DNA from: Veleropilina oligotropha
Lineage: Eukaryota
NCBI GenBank assembly: GCA_048128005.1
Contig: JBEUKZ010000023.1
Span: 62,001-126,000, forward strand
DNA: 64,000 bases
Reading direction: 5' to 3'
Shown one piece after another: positions 1 to 13,600 of this stretch (within the stretch, counting starts at the first letter, position 1; each line of letters begins with the position of its first letter). The notes beneath the pieces are model-generated. The model searched no databases, had not been told where the DNA came from, and saw only the letters and a list, made by a program, of their open reading frames with translations. A program made the translations under genes and the position numbers.

Positions 1-692
1 AACATTCAGAAAAATGTACAAGGAAACAGTAATGGTCAAAGGGAGACAACTCTTGTCGCCTTGTTAAAAATTCAAATGATGCGATTTCAAGAATAAAATC
101 AATATTACTAACGTATTGTATATTCAAGCCGTGAATTCAAACTTTAGAATGGAGCTCATAACATAGTTATATGAAAATATTTCTACAATATTTTTATAAT
201 CCAGTCTTTTTATTCACTTATATAAATGTAATGTATAAATATCAATACTCGACTATATACTATAGTATGCCCCAAATCACCTTATCAACATCTGTCGAAG
301 TCGTATGAAGTCGCAGTGCTTTGGGTTATCCACTGGAAAGAAATATTATTTTTATGATACCATTCTGTCAATACAGTTTTTCTCACCGATTGCTCAAAGG
401 AGTGTATTCAGTTTCACAATTGATAAAATATGCACATTTAGTTGATTAATATCATTATAGACAAAAGAGACTAAAATAACAAGAAATTAGATATACTAAA
501 TTATTTCCACAACGGAATGTCATTTAGACATAATATATCGATAATAAAAAATAAGACAAAATTCATTTAACTTTTATGAATAAATAACAAAAATTTAATG
601 ATCAGACGTTTTTTCAATGCTTACACTGAAATGCTCCCCTGATTTATCTCCCTCTAATCCTCTACTATACTACTAATCATCTCAGATCCACG

Positions 693-1598
693 TACTCACC
701 CTCTACAATGCCCCATGAATAGTCGCCCTCTCATCCACTACAGTTGCCCTGTCAGCCCACTCACCCTCTACAATGCCCACGGATATAGTCGCCCCGTCAG
801 CCCACTCACCCTCTACAATGCCCCACGGATACAGTCGCCCCGTCAGCCCACTCACCCTCTACAATGCCCCACGGATATAGTCGCCCCGTCAGCCCACTCA
901 CCCTCTACAATGCCCCACGGATACAGTCGCCCCGTCAGCCCACTCACCCTCTACAATGCCCCACGGATATAGTCGCCCTCTCATCCACTACAGTTGCCCT
1001 GTCAGCCCACTCACCCTCTACAATGCCCCACGGATACAGTCGCCCTGTCAGCCCACTCACCCTCTACAATGCCCCACGGATATAGTCGCCCCGTCAGCCC
1101 ACTCACCCTCTACAATGCCCCACAGATATAGTCGCCCTGTCAGCCCACTCACCCTCTACAATGCCCCACGGATATAGTCGCCCCGTCAGCCCACTCACCC
1201 TCTACAATGCCCCATGGATACAGTCGCCCCATCAGCCCACTCACCCTCTACAATGCCCCACGGATATAGTCACCCTCTCAGCCCACTCGCCCTCTACAAT
1301 GCCCCACGGATATAGTCGCCCCATCAGCCCACTCACCCTCTACAATGCCCCACGGATATAGTCACCCTCTCAGCCCACTCGCCCTCTACAATTCCCCACG
1401 GATACAGTCGCCCTCTAAGCCCACTCACCCTCTACAATGCCCCACGGATACAGTCGCCCTGTCAGCCCACTCACCCTCTACAATGCCCCACGGATACAGT
1501 CACCCTGTCAGCCCCCTCACCCTCTACAATGCCCCACGGATATAGTCGCCCCGTCAGCCCACTCACCCTCTACAATGCCCCACGGATACAGTCGCCCT
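693..1598. repeat. 46-bp minisatellite (~19 units) derived from septin exon end plus splice donor
   Basis: Unit ctcaccctctacaatgccccacggatatagtcgccccgtcagccca; reverse complement encodes [10 protein letters not shown] followed by gtgagt. Confidence 0.95.
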
Positions 1599-1663
1599 CT
1601 CAGTTTCTTTCCACCAACTTCGACCACTGTGTTACAACCGACCACGGCAAATGGTACAGCAGC
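1567..1663 (-). CDS. Septin exon ([32 protein letters not shown])
   Basis: tctag acceptor, gtgagt donor; start of septin unique element. Confidence 0.95.
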
Positions 1664-4600
1664 CTAGAAAGGAGAGGATTGATGCTTAATGTCCTGTATA
1701 TATCCATTCAACCATTAGGTTCAAAGCAGGACATGTCCATATTATCACAGGAGGAAAACCCGGTCGCCTGAGAAAATTCACTCTCCCCAGTTACGGACAA
1801 CTGTAATTAAAAAAAGAACAAGTAATGCGATGTCCAAACCGAGGTTCGAACCCAGTACTGTTTGTGTCAGCGGAATCAAGCCAGTGATTTTTTGGAGTCT
1901 GCAACCGAAACTACACCACTGTCGGAATGGCCACAGCAGCCTAGAAGATGATGCATTATTTATACTATTACATTACTGCATCCATACTTTGCTGGTTGTA
2001 AATCTTTTAATTAAAATTTTAACAAAGTCGCTTGTGTTGATTATAATTTAGTGATTCAATCTGCAACAATTATTAGTGATGAATCAGTATTGAATCAAAT
2101 GTTCATATGGGCTCTAAGGCACGATTATCATCTATACAAAATTTTCTTCTAGCAGCTGAAATCAAATCTTGACCTTAGCTAAGAGTCATTTGCTAACTTA
2201 CTTAATATCAGGAAAAATTAGTATGCATCAATTTGGCAACCATGAACATATTGTTGAGGCTATATTATTGCTATATCTAATAATCGATCTTCATAAATAT
2301 TCATTTGTTATGCATGATACCGTACCTTTAATTCTTTGTCCTGTTGCTTAAATTCTTCATCCTCATCGCTGTCGCAGTCGGGAAACTCGTAGATTTGAAT
2401 TTTATGAATCTCAATATCACTTAAAATCTGCAATCCAAATTATGTTCGATTTGAGTCAATTTATGTTTGCGACAATTATAACTAGAGGTACGATCCTCAT
2501 ACAGGCCCGCCTTTTGGATATATAAATCCATAGAGAGGAAAATAATCAATAACTCTATATCTTCAAAGTGCCATCTGGAACGGAAATACACGAAAATGAC
2601 CTTGACCTTTGACCCAGAGACTCCATTTTTGAACTTAACCAAGGCCTGATGGTATACAAGGTGCATACCCAAGATGAAAGCTGTAGGTCCAGCGGTTCAT
2701 CTTCTATGTGACAGAAAGCAATCTTCGAAGTGCCAGAACGGAAATACACGAAAATGACCTTGACCTTTGACCCAGCGACCCCATCTTTGAACTTGGGCTA
2801 GGCCTGATGGTATACAAGGTGCATACCCAATATGAAAGGTGTAGGTCCAGCGGTTCGTCTTCTACGTGACAGAAAGCAATCTTCGAAGTGCCAGAACGGA
2901 AATACACGAAAATGACCTTGACCTTTGACCCAGCGACCCCATCTTTGAACTTGTGCTAGGCCTGATGGTATACAAGGTGCATACCCAATATGAAAGGTGT
3001 AGGTCCAGCGGTTCGTGTTCTATGTGACAGAAAGCAATCTTCGAAGTGCCAGAACGGAAATACACGAAAATGACCTTGACCTTTGACCCAGCGACCCCAT
3101 CTTTGAACTTGGGCTAGGCCTTATGGTATACAAGGTGCATACCCAATATGAAAGGTGTAGGTCCAGCGGTTCGTCTTCTATGTGACAAAGCAATCTTCGA
3201 AGTGCCAGAACGGAAATACACGAAAATGACCTTGACCTTTGACTCAGCGACCCCATCTTTGAACTTGGGCTAGGCCTGATGGTATACAAGGTGAATACCC
3301 AATATGAAAGGTGTAGGTCCAGCGGTTCGTCTTCTATGTGACAGAATGCAATCTTCGAAGTGCCAGAACGGAAATACACGAAAATGACCTTGACCTTTGA
3401 CCCAGCGACCCCATCTTTGAACTTGGGCTAGGCCTGACGGTATACAAGGTGCATACCCAATATGAAAGGTGTAGGTCCAGCAGTTCATCTTCTATGTGAC
3501 AGAAAGCATCAGGCGACGGACGGACGATGGACGCCAGTACACGGCTATAGCCCTGCCTTTAGAAGGCGGGCCAAAAATTGTTCAATAGCATCTGTAGTCG
3601 AAACTTCTTTTTTGAGTGCTGGGTATTACAGGTTTCAAAACCATCCCTTATTTTAGTTTCCAGTGTTAGATAGAAGTCACGTCAGCGAGAGAATCGAAGC
3701 CGGGTCTCACTAAACGTTTTTCCAAAAATAATTTAATGCCATTATTTTAGTTTGGTTTGACTCGTTGCTTAATGTCCAAATTAACACCTTCTTTGGATTA
3801 AGCCAGGTTATATCCATAATACCTCAGGAGAAAAGCATGGTCACCCGGGAAAACCCTAGTTTACCTTTAGTTTTAGCCTTCTGAGTTCAGCGCTGGTCAG
3901 CGTGTCTGCTTTGGCCACTAACGGGACGATGTTCACTTTATTGTGCAGTTTCTTCATGACTTCGACATCAATGGGCTTCAACCTGAAATCAACATTCATT
4001 CAAGAGATTATAGCATCTAAATGCGCAAATTTCCCTAACGTGAGCACTCTTTTTACATGCCTTATTCGAAATGCATTAAAAGTTACATTGTCGATAAGCT
4101 GGTGCTAAAATAAATTAGAGACAACTTTAAATGGATATATCAATTTCATTACACTAAACAATAATAAACATTAAAATCAAAGATTGCAAACCCTCGCCCA
4201 CTCATCAAATTCTTCGTTCTGATATTGAGATACCATTTTATAATCCATTGCAAGTAAATGGTGTTGCATAGCAATCCGAAAGTCGACATGGAACACTATG
4301 GATTGAATTGGATCGATGCTTAATGTCCTGTATATTTACAACCAACAGGTTCAAGGCAGGACATATTATTGCAGAAGGAAAGCCCGGTTGCCTAGAACCG
4401 AGCCAGTGATTTCAGAGTCTGCAACCAAAACCAAACGCCTGTCGGAGCGGCCCAGGAACACAGTGGTGAAATTCAGATATCTTTGCAAATAATAAATTCC
4501 CTGCTAAAGCGGAAAAATGAGGTTTTTAATTAAACCTAATACAGTATTAGTTAAAACATACTTACGTCCTTACTCTTGCCATAATAGTCATATTATCGCC

Positions 4601-7600
4601 AACCGGAAACAGTGAATAAAGTCACATTTATGCACTCCTTTTAAGTCAAAACCACTACGATTACCTCCCCTGCTCCACCTCTCCTAAGTTCCCCCGGCGA
4701 GATCTCGCCAAGTCTCGCGAGACATCCGAGCCATCAAAGTCACAAGACCTCAATTCAAAGTTCAGAACCCCAAAGGAACTTAGTAAGAGGGGAGGAATGC
4801 GAAACGCAGGGTGGGTAATCGCAGTAAGGACGTAAGTATGTTTTAACTAATATTAGGTTTAATTAAAAACCTCATAATTATGTAGTTACAAACATACTTA
4901 CGTCCTTACTCTTGCCAGAATGACCTTGGATAGGTGGGTAAGAAGTTCCGTACAACAAACCCAAACAAGATTATGACTTACTTTTCACCATCTCAATCAG
5001 CATGAAGCGTCGATTGTGTCCGCCCAGAGTGGAATTTACTGAGTATTATATTCTACTCTTACCAAGCGAGAATTTCGACCAGTGTTACCGGGAGAATACG
5101 CCGTGGTGTTAGTCGGACGAGGTGAAGCGGAAGTGCACTCAGCCCCAGGCACGGCCGGAAGGATTATCCTTGTAGGTCTTACGTGTCATGGGCCAGTGGC
5201 AGCCAAATGGTACTCCGGGCCATAGGCCGGTAGCCAGAGGAAGCAGTCGGATTTGTAAGCACACGGAACCTAATAGCTAGGTAGTGAAGATATCAAATCA
5301 TAAGCAAAGAATTAATAGATTATTATAAATAATCGATATTAATAAGTGATTCGCATGACCAACTTGCGAAAGGCTAACATGTACAACATGTTACTTAAAA
5401 TAAATTTTAAGGAAGCAAATATTAAAATTTGTTCAATGTCTTGAACATCGTATGTTCTATACAGCATAGAACATCAATAATATTGAACCTCAAAATCTTA
5501 TAAGACTTTTTGCAATATAATTGTTTATTAAATTCAATGTGAACTGGCTTGTCAAAATACTCAGGTATGACATGAAAATCTCAAGATCTTAAAATGTTTT
5601 TAAGAAATGAACATACATTGAATCGCCTCATAATGTCTATTTCATAGAATAGCTAGGCATAACAATAACATTGCATCAGCACGAATTATTTAATTGATAA
5701 ATCAAGAAACAATACTAACTGATTAGACGACCTCGGTCTAACAATACATCGTTGAGCAGCCACACACTGTAGACTGCTCAAACCATCAGCACCTGTTGAA
5801 TAATCCCGCAGGTAATGTTTAACAAAGACATTTGGATTCTTCCAGTAACCTGCTTGAAGCAACGCTGTGATATTTAAGCTGTGTCGGAAGGCAATAGAAG
5901 CCGCAATTGCACGGACCTCGTGCGCGCGGACCGATAAAATAGTGCGGTCTACTTCTTCACAGCGAGAGTACACATCTCTCACTACCTGTGAAATCCACCG
6001 CGAAACAGTCGTCTTCGTAATGTCGCGGGTATATGAAGGTAAATACGAAATGAATAAACATAGTTTCCCTTGCCGCATATCACGGGTCCTGTCGAGGTAG
6101 AAGCGCAGGGCCCGCACGGGGCAGTTTAACCGGTCTATATCGTACCTTCCGACCAGCGTAAGCTTGGGGATAATAATATCGGGTGCGTCTTCGTTCGGCC
6201 GTTGATTCTTGGCGAGAAAACCCAAGATATGACGCAGCATCACCGACCCGTCTGACTGGAAGCGAACGTCTCGTAGCTCTGCGGATAAACAATGAATCTC
6301 GGAACAACGCCTGCCCGACGCTAAGGCGATCAGAAAAACCGTTTTGTGCGTTAAGTCCCTCATAGACGCCGTGGACATAGGATCGTACGGCGGTAAGTGT
6401 AGAGCGTTAAGAATGAGAACGATGTTCCAGGCAGGTGGCCGTATGGTTCGGGTCGGAATCTAGAGTTCGTAGGATCGTAGAAAATCCGAAATCGTTCGAT
6501 CGCTAGATAGGCTAACATGGGCACGGCACTGTTTTAACGTGGTCGCGACCGTTGCCCGATAGCCTTTGACGGCGGACACTGACATACCGCGTTCAAAGAG
6601 CGACGATAAAAACTCGATAAACTTGTTCACAGGGGGGCGGCGAATATTGACCTGCCGGCTGTGACACCAATCCACGTACTTGACCCATCGGTAGTCATAA
6701 ACTTTTGTCGTGGAAAGCCTTCTCGATCGGTAGATGCGTAGGGCTGTTGCGCGAGAAAATCCTTTCTTAGCAAGGGATCGTTCGATAACCGCCAGGCGTG
6801 TAAACGTAAGTCGTTCGGCGATGGGTGTAATACACGGCTGCGCGCCTGCATTAACAGGTCCGGTCGCTGCGGGAGCGCTAACGGTCGATCGACGATCAGA
6901 TCGAGGAGGGTCGGAAACCAAGGTTGCGTGCGATACAGGGGCGCGATTAGCGTTATCTCGCAACGTTCGTTCGATGCCTTCTGTAATACCAGTGTCAGAA
7001 TGCACGACGGGGGGAAGGCATACGCGGACAGATTCTCCCATGTCATTGACAGCGCGTCGACCGCTAGGGCGGCCGGGTCCGGGTACGGGGAGACATACAG
7101 AGGTAGTCGGTAATTGAATTCTGTTGCAAACAGATCGACTTGGGGTTGTGACCACCGGCGACAAACGTCCCGAGCTACTCGGCTGTGTAGCGTCCACTCT
7201 GTGTGTATTATCTGTGATTTCCGAGAGAGCGAGTCCGCTCTGACATTCAGCTTTCCCGGGATGTGTCGGGCTCGAATCGTCGAGTTGAGGGACATCACTA
7301 GGCGGTGTAGGTCTATTGCTCGGTCGCAAAGGGGACGCGAGCGAGTGCCGCCCTGGTGCTGGATGTAAGCGACGACAGTCGTGTTGTCCGTGGCGAGCAT
7401 TATGTGCTTGTTGCGGAGATGTGACGAGAGGGACCGTACTGACAGGTAGACGGCTTCTAACTCTAGGAAGTTGATGTGTCGTCCCTGAAGGTCCGTCGGC
7501 CATAGGCCTGATGTCTCGTAACTGTCGAGGTGACCACCCCAGCCGTCGTTCGAAGCGTCTGTGAACAGGTAAGCGTTCGGCTCTGGCGGGGATATAGGAA

Positions 7601-10600
7601 CCGACTGGTCCGGCAAAGCAGGGTTCAACCACACTGCTGTTGTGCTGGTAAACCAATGCCGAAGATCGATGCGATCCGTCCACTGCCCCGTCCGTTGTAT
7701 CCAGCGATCCCTGAACGCCTGTTGTAACGGTCATTTGTCCATTCGACCCGTCGGTAGCAGGGTCGCTACCGACTCGATGTGCCCCAGGACAGTGGCCAGT
7801 TGTCGCGCCGTAGTTATCTCCGATGACAGGGTGTCTTGAATAACCGCGCGTAGGTTCCGCATACGTTTCTGGGTCGGTTTCGCGGTGTACCGGACCGTAT
7901 CGAAGTCGACTCCGAGGAACGTAAACGTCATCGAGGGCACTAAGCAGGATTTTGTCTCGTTGATCTGAAATCCCAGGCGCTTCGTCGATGACAGGGTAAA
8001 GCTCGTAGACCGGAGGCACAGATCCCGGGACGCCCCGAGGATCAGCCAGTCGTCGAGGTACATATGTACCCTGTGCCCTAGAGAGTGTAGGAAGGCTCCG
8101 AGGGCCTGTACTGTTCTCGTGAAGACGTACGGGGCTGACGATAGACCGAACGGTAGGCACCTGAATTGGTAGATCGTCTCCCCGTGTATAAACCGAAGGT
8201 ACTGATGAGCCGTGATATGCATCGGGACATGCAGATACGCGTCGGTCAGATCGATAGACGCTGCCCAGTCTCCCGGACGGATGGCCGCTCGTATCTTCGA
8301 GAGGGTTTCTTGCTGGAATTTCTCGGTGCGAAGATATCGGTTGAGATACGAGAGATCGACCAGCGGCCATCGGGTTTCGGGACCAGAAAGATATGGCTGT
8401 AAAATCCTGGTGTGCTGGGCGGCGCGGGATATATCGCTCCTTTGAGGAGCAAATCCCGCACTGCCTGGTCTACGACCGCTTGCTTTTCTCCGTGAAGGAG
8501 GCGAGCGTGTCTTGTTGGTGGTGCCTCGGTTAGGGTCGGATGCCGGTTGAATGCCAACTTGTATCCGGCACTCACGACTAAGTGGACCCAGCTGCTGTCT
8601 GTCAGCTCTAGCCACGACTGTCTGTACGCTAACAGACACGCTCCCACCGGCGGAAGCGGGCAGCTGGGACCGTCGCGAATGCCGGCAGCCCTAGGGCCGA
8701 GGCTTCCCTCTCCCGCTCTGCTGACGGGGTTTCGCTGGAGGTGCTTGCCTCCTCTGAGTGGGTTTACTGGCCGGAGGCCTACCACCAGAAGAGGGCCTTG
8801 CACGCTTGGAAGGCTTCGGGGTCCGGGTGGGCCCTGAACGCTTCCTCGAGTCGGCGGGTGGACCCCGGGGGGGGTGCATCACCGCCTTCTCGATGGCACG
8901 GTCCTTCAAGTCCGCCGCTCTCTTGTCGACGAATTCCGTAAAATTGTCGCCAAAAAGAGGCACGCATCGCAACGAGCGCCGGGTGGCCTCGTCTAGCGAG
9001 GTGCGTTCCAGGCAAGCATCCCTACGAAGTAGGAGTGCATTGCCCAGGACACGTCCCGTCTCCAACGCCTTGGTCTCCATTGCGGCAGCAACCTCCTGGA
9101 GGAAGGACAGGGCCGCCTCACAGGCGCCGGGTCCTTCCTCCTGTAGTACGGCTACCGCCCCGTCCAGGAAAAAATCCTGAACGGACGACAACCGCAGAGC
9201 CCGTCGGGCGGCGCTCTCGAAAGCTTCCAAGGCGGACCAAGGAACTTTCGCCACGGAGGGAGTGTGACTGGCGGTCAGTCGACGCAACGCTGCGTCTACA
9301 TGAGCCGGCTCAGTCGCCAGGCACGGACCAGTACACGCGAACGGGATCGAACGCGAACTGGCCCAGAGGTACCTCCCACTATGGAACCCCGAAGGGAACT
9401 CGGTCAGCGGGGAGGCCTCCACCGGATTGCGCCCCTGTATGAGCTTGGTCGTCGAGTCGACCACTAGATCGACCAGCCCAGACTGAGGTAAGGAAGGAAG
9501 CACGGGGGCTTCCTTCTCAACAAACCGATGTGCTGCCGTCCTGTGCTTGACTGAGCCTACGTCCGACCGAGTCGGTTCCGGCAAGCCAAGCACCCCGCGA
9601 AGTGACGCAACGGCGTCGAGCCTTCGGCGGGTGGTGGAGGTCTGCTCCTGCGTGCCTGAAAGACTACCGTCTTCGGGCCCGACCGATTCAGGGAGGTCGG
9701 AGTGAGTGGAGTCGAGGTCCTCGTCAGAACGAGGGTCGATCTCCATCACGGAGGCAGGAGCCGTGCTCTGCGCCATGGGCAGAGGTGTAGGGAACTGGAG
9801 CGGCTGGGAAGCCGGTTGCCAGGCCTTACATCGGGCCTCGAACTCCGCCGCGATCATTGCCTGGACGTTCTCGTAGGAGAAACCCGGAGGCATGACGGGC
9901 GACGAACTAACAGCCGGTAGTTCTGTCGAGGATACCGTGGCGCAAGGTAGACGGGCTGCACGGACAGGTGGTCCCGAGAACCAGGGTCTCGGGTCACCTG
10001 TCGAGTGGTCGAACCCGAAAGACTGGCCCGAAGGCGCAATCAGTGGGCCGGACGACCTGTAGGACTGCGGCCACAGTCCGTACTGGTCTACCGCTCTGTT
10101 CGAGCGAGGCACGGTCAGATCACCGTAAAACCCCGTCACGAACGCAGCCGGTCTGTCCACGTTATCTAGCGTGACCATCGTGGGTGCACGGGAGAGAACG
10201 GGCCCTCTGAAAACATCGTGAGCTCCAAGGTTGAGCAGAAAAACCCAAGGGTTAGTCGCGTCGGTCTCGGACGAGGTTTCAGGCGTCGCCAATTGTCCGG
10301 ATCTTAGACCATCGTAATGGTGTCCGGCCTCTATATTGGCTTTCTCATTGGGTTGCTCACCGTCATTAAACGGAGAGTTTCCCGCAGAAGGACTAACGTA
10401 TCCCGAAGAACAGGAGGGGGATCGTCTGCCCTGCTCAGCTGTTCGCTGCGCTGCCAGATATACCTTGCTAGCCGGCAAGGTATGGTTGGCTGCAGCTACT
10501 AGGCCCATTGGAGGAGTAACGGACAGCGCTCGGGCTCCTACCTGAATCTGGGGTCACGGCAAGGTTTCGGCGACTCCCCCATGAGTCGCGGAGGTTTCGC

Positions 10601-13600
10601 CGGTAGATCCGGCGACAGACGGTACCTTACGCCGGCTGTCGTCCAGCGTCCCTGAAGCAGACAAAGAAGAAACATTAGCCCCTAACTTACCAGTCTCTTC
10701 CTGACCCTTCTCCGGGGGAGGACCCACCGTGGCAGCCGCCTGGTCGGCTTCACCGGAGGGAAAATAATCGCCCACTGCCTATCTGTCAAAGCTAAGCACA
10801 GTTCACATTTGTATTTTTTACTACAATTACGGTGAATACTACGACAACTCTTTAAATTGCCCTGATCTGCAGATCAAAGATCAGGCGATATACCGCAAAA
10901 TAACCCCGAACTGGGAACACAGAGGCCGGTTAATAAACCCGGCAAATTGACTAAACAAACGGGGGTTCTTTCTTAGAAAAAACCGCCCAGGAAAACACCT
11001 GAACCTCGTGGATGTTTTTAAGTTAGTACAATGGCGTATTATCCCAGTAACGGCAGGATATCAGAATAACTAAAGTTGATATCTAAACAATCCTGCCTAT
11101 TAACGACGCTAGAATTTTATACAATAATTACCAGCAATAAGCGTCGTTAAGGAATTATCCAATATAATGAGTTACCTGTTTGCAGTCTCAAACAATATCA
11201 GATAAATATACCGACCAGAAATTTCTTCTAAACACGAAACTTCCCCTCTGAGCGGCCCTTGCTTTTCTCGGCAACGGCGGCGATGTCGATTTACACGAAC
11301 TTGAATTTTTCTTTCCAAGCACAAATCTTCACATTCACTGATGTTATATACTCCACAGGGTAATTCCAATGCTTATAGCGTTTGTTATTAGCTTATAAGC
11401 TAAGGATTTAACACATAAATCGGACAATTTGCGGAGCAAAAAGAAACACGTTTTTCCAACATGGCGGAAAACTTTGAATTAAGGTCTTGTGACTTTGATG
11501 GCTCGGATGTCTCGCGAGACTTGGCGAGATCTCGCCGGGGGAACTTAGGAGAGGTGGAGCAGGGGAGGTAATCGTAGTGGTTTTGACTTAAAAGGAGTGC
11601 ATAAATGTGACTTTATTCACTGTTTCCGGTTGGCGATAATATGACTATTATGGCAAGAGTAAGGACGTAAGTATGTTTGTAACTACATATGCTCTTGTAC
11701 AACCATTAGCTTACTTACCCTCTTCCATACGGAGAAATAAAATATAGACAACAATGCACTCGTCGATCGACGATGTTTTTTCGATTCAATCCACTTTCGT
11801 CCTCATAATATTGGTCGAATTGTTGGTCCACGTAATTAATGACTGGCTGATAACTACAAGAAAGAGGCAACAATGATAAAACCAAGCAATAAGCATCTTC
11901 TATCAACTATCCAACAGAATAAACACTATATTGGTGCAAAAAATATATTATGTCATTCAGACTCTCGATGAAATCCATTCAGATTTGAAGGTCTGATTTG
12001 GATTGCATGCATGCATGTCTTGTTTAACAACCTTCAAGTTGATACCGAGAACTTTCCATATTGTCACGGAATGAAGGCCCATCGCTAGGTTAGTTGGCAA
12101 CATTGTTTTACAATCACTAAGCAATAATTCAGCCATATCGTAGTCGTGACACCCGCTTTAAGGTCCCACTACGATCTGACCGACATACATTAGTGACATG
12201 CCTGCTATTATTTTAAGCTGTAGAACGATTCCCTGCTGGCCTCTAACTCGGGACCAACTAACAGCTTCGATTGAGAGTCTGATGCGCTAACCACTCACCC
12301 GCCGTTGCCGTTAATGAAAACCTGCACTCACATGCCAGGTATGAATAACTGTGACGATTAAGTAAACAACGAGTGCCCTGCCGAGTATTAGAACTCGCTC
12401 CACAAAACAGAACAATCAAAGAAGTGAATTGAGAATGTGACGCCGTCAGTGGATATAATGCCGCAATCTTATCTTGATGCGATTTTTGCATTCAAACTAC
12501 ACTCCAAATATTTGTATTTACCATTCTGCGCCATTCAAAGAGTCGTTGAATCCGGGCGTATCAACAATAGTCAGCCTCAGTTTGACGCCCCGTTCCGTAA
12601 TCTCCAATTGCTTTTTTCCAATCTCCACGGTTTTATACATCTGCTCTGAAATTATACGATAATAGGGTTGGTTGTTGGTTAAAAGCAAACTACAAAAATA
12701 AGAATCATAAATTTTTTTAGCAAACATTTTCCATGATGGTCATTAGATGTCTTAAACAAGCATAAATTTGATTAGAAGTACCTTCTTGTCCACAGAACCA
12801 GACATATCCGAACGCATCGTTATTGCTGTCAGTGGGTTGTTCACAGGACTCTGGTCACAGAGTCTCGAGTTCGCCCCCAAGGCTCGGCGATTTCACTTGG
12901 GCAAGGAAATAAGCATATATTTGCCTCGGTCCACCCAGCCGATCTGAATGGGTACCTGGTTGGCAGTTATGTAAGTCACGGCGCTACCCGCGTGTAAATG
13001 ACTGTAATGCTCCCAGAGGGAGTTGAGATGGTACATCGAGTGGAACAGGCCCATAACCAGGGGTAATAATGTTCAGCGCATTGAGACACTAGCGTAATAA
13101 TGCGCTATATAAGACCGGAGTATTATTATTATTATTATTAATGGATGAATAGAGTTTTAACGACCACACCCACAGTAATTCATCATAAATCGGGTCAATC
13201 AACATTGTATGATTACTGATGAGATGAATTGGTGCGGTGTGGAATGGAGACAGCGGTCATGGGAAAAATCCATTTGCTGGCATATAGAGATATCTCACAG
13301 AGTATGTATGCTTAAATTTGAAGCAAAATTTCATATCAAAAAGTTTGAAATTTCTTGCTAAAATATAACAATGATGACATAACACTCAAACTCTGCACAG
13401 TTTAATTTGGTATTAATTTGACCAAATTCAGTGTTCTTTTCCTAGCAAGTAAATTTTCCAAAAATGTCTCTCTCTGGCTCATCAGATTTTCCATTAAACA
13501 CGAGGATGCGCCTGTCCACCCGATTGTTCTTGACAATATTAAACAAGAATTCAAAATAACATTTTCCTTTAAATTCCTACCTGATACACTTGGAATTATG

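Larger units (their letters stand above)
4517..11688 (-). mobile_element. DIRS1-type tyrosine-recombinase retrotransposon, full structure, coding regions disrupted
   Basis: Inverted terminal repeats 4554-4762 / 11470-11678, internal complementary region 4823-4917, gag-like, RT/RNase H/MT and YR ORFs, no clear TSD. Confidence 0.95.

Noticed and set aside
693..1600. Plus-strand repetitive ORFs ([20 protein letters not shown]...) or a CRISPR-like array
   Set aside because: Translation artefacts of a 46-bp tandem repeat; no unique spacers, no cas genes, eukaryotic context.
1830..1932. tRNA gene-like sequence (also ~19110-19206, ~20200-20300, ~23590-23690)
   Set aside because: Heads of a dispersed SINE family with shared bodies and TSDs; copies too divergent for functional tRNAs.
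2421..3488. Repeated minus-strand ORFs [12 protein letters not shown]...
   Set aside because: Products of the 158-bp tandem core of a HINE-like element.
10554..11369. Possible spliced 5' extension of DIRS gag
   Set aside because: A donor-like site exists near 11174, but no acceptor gave a clearly open frame into ORF1.
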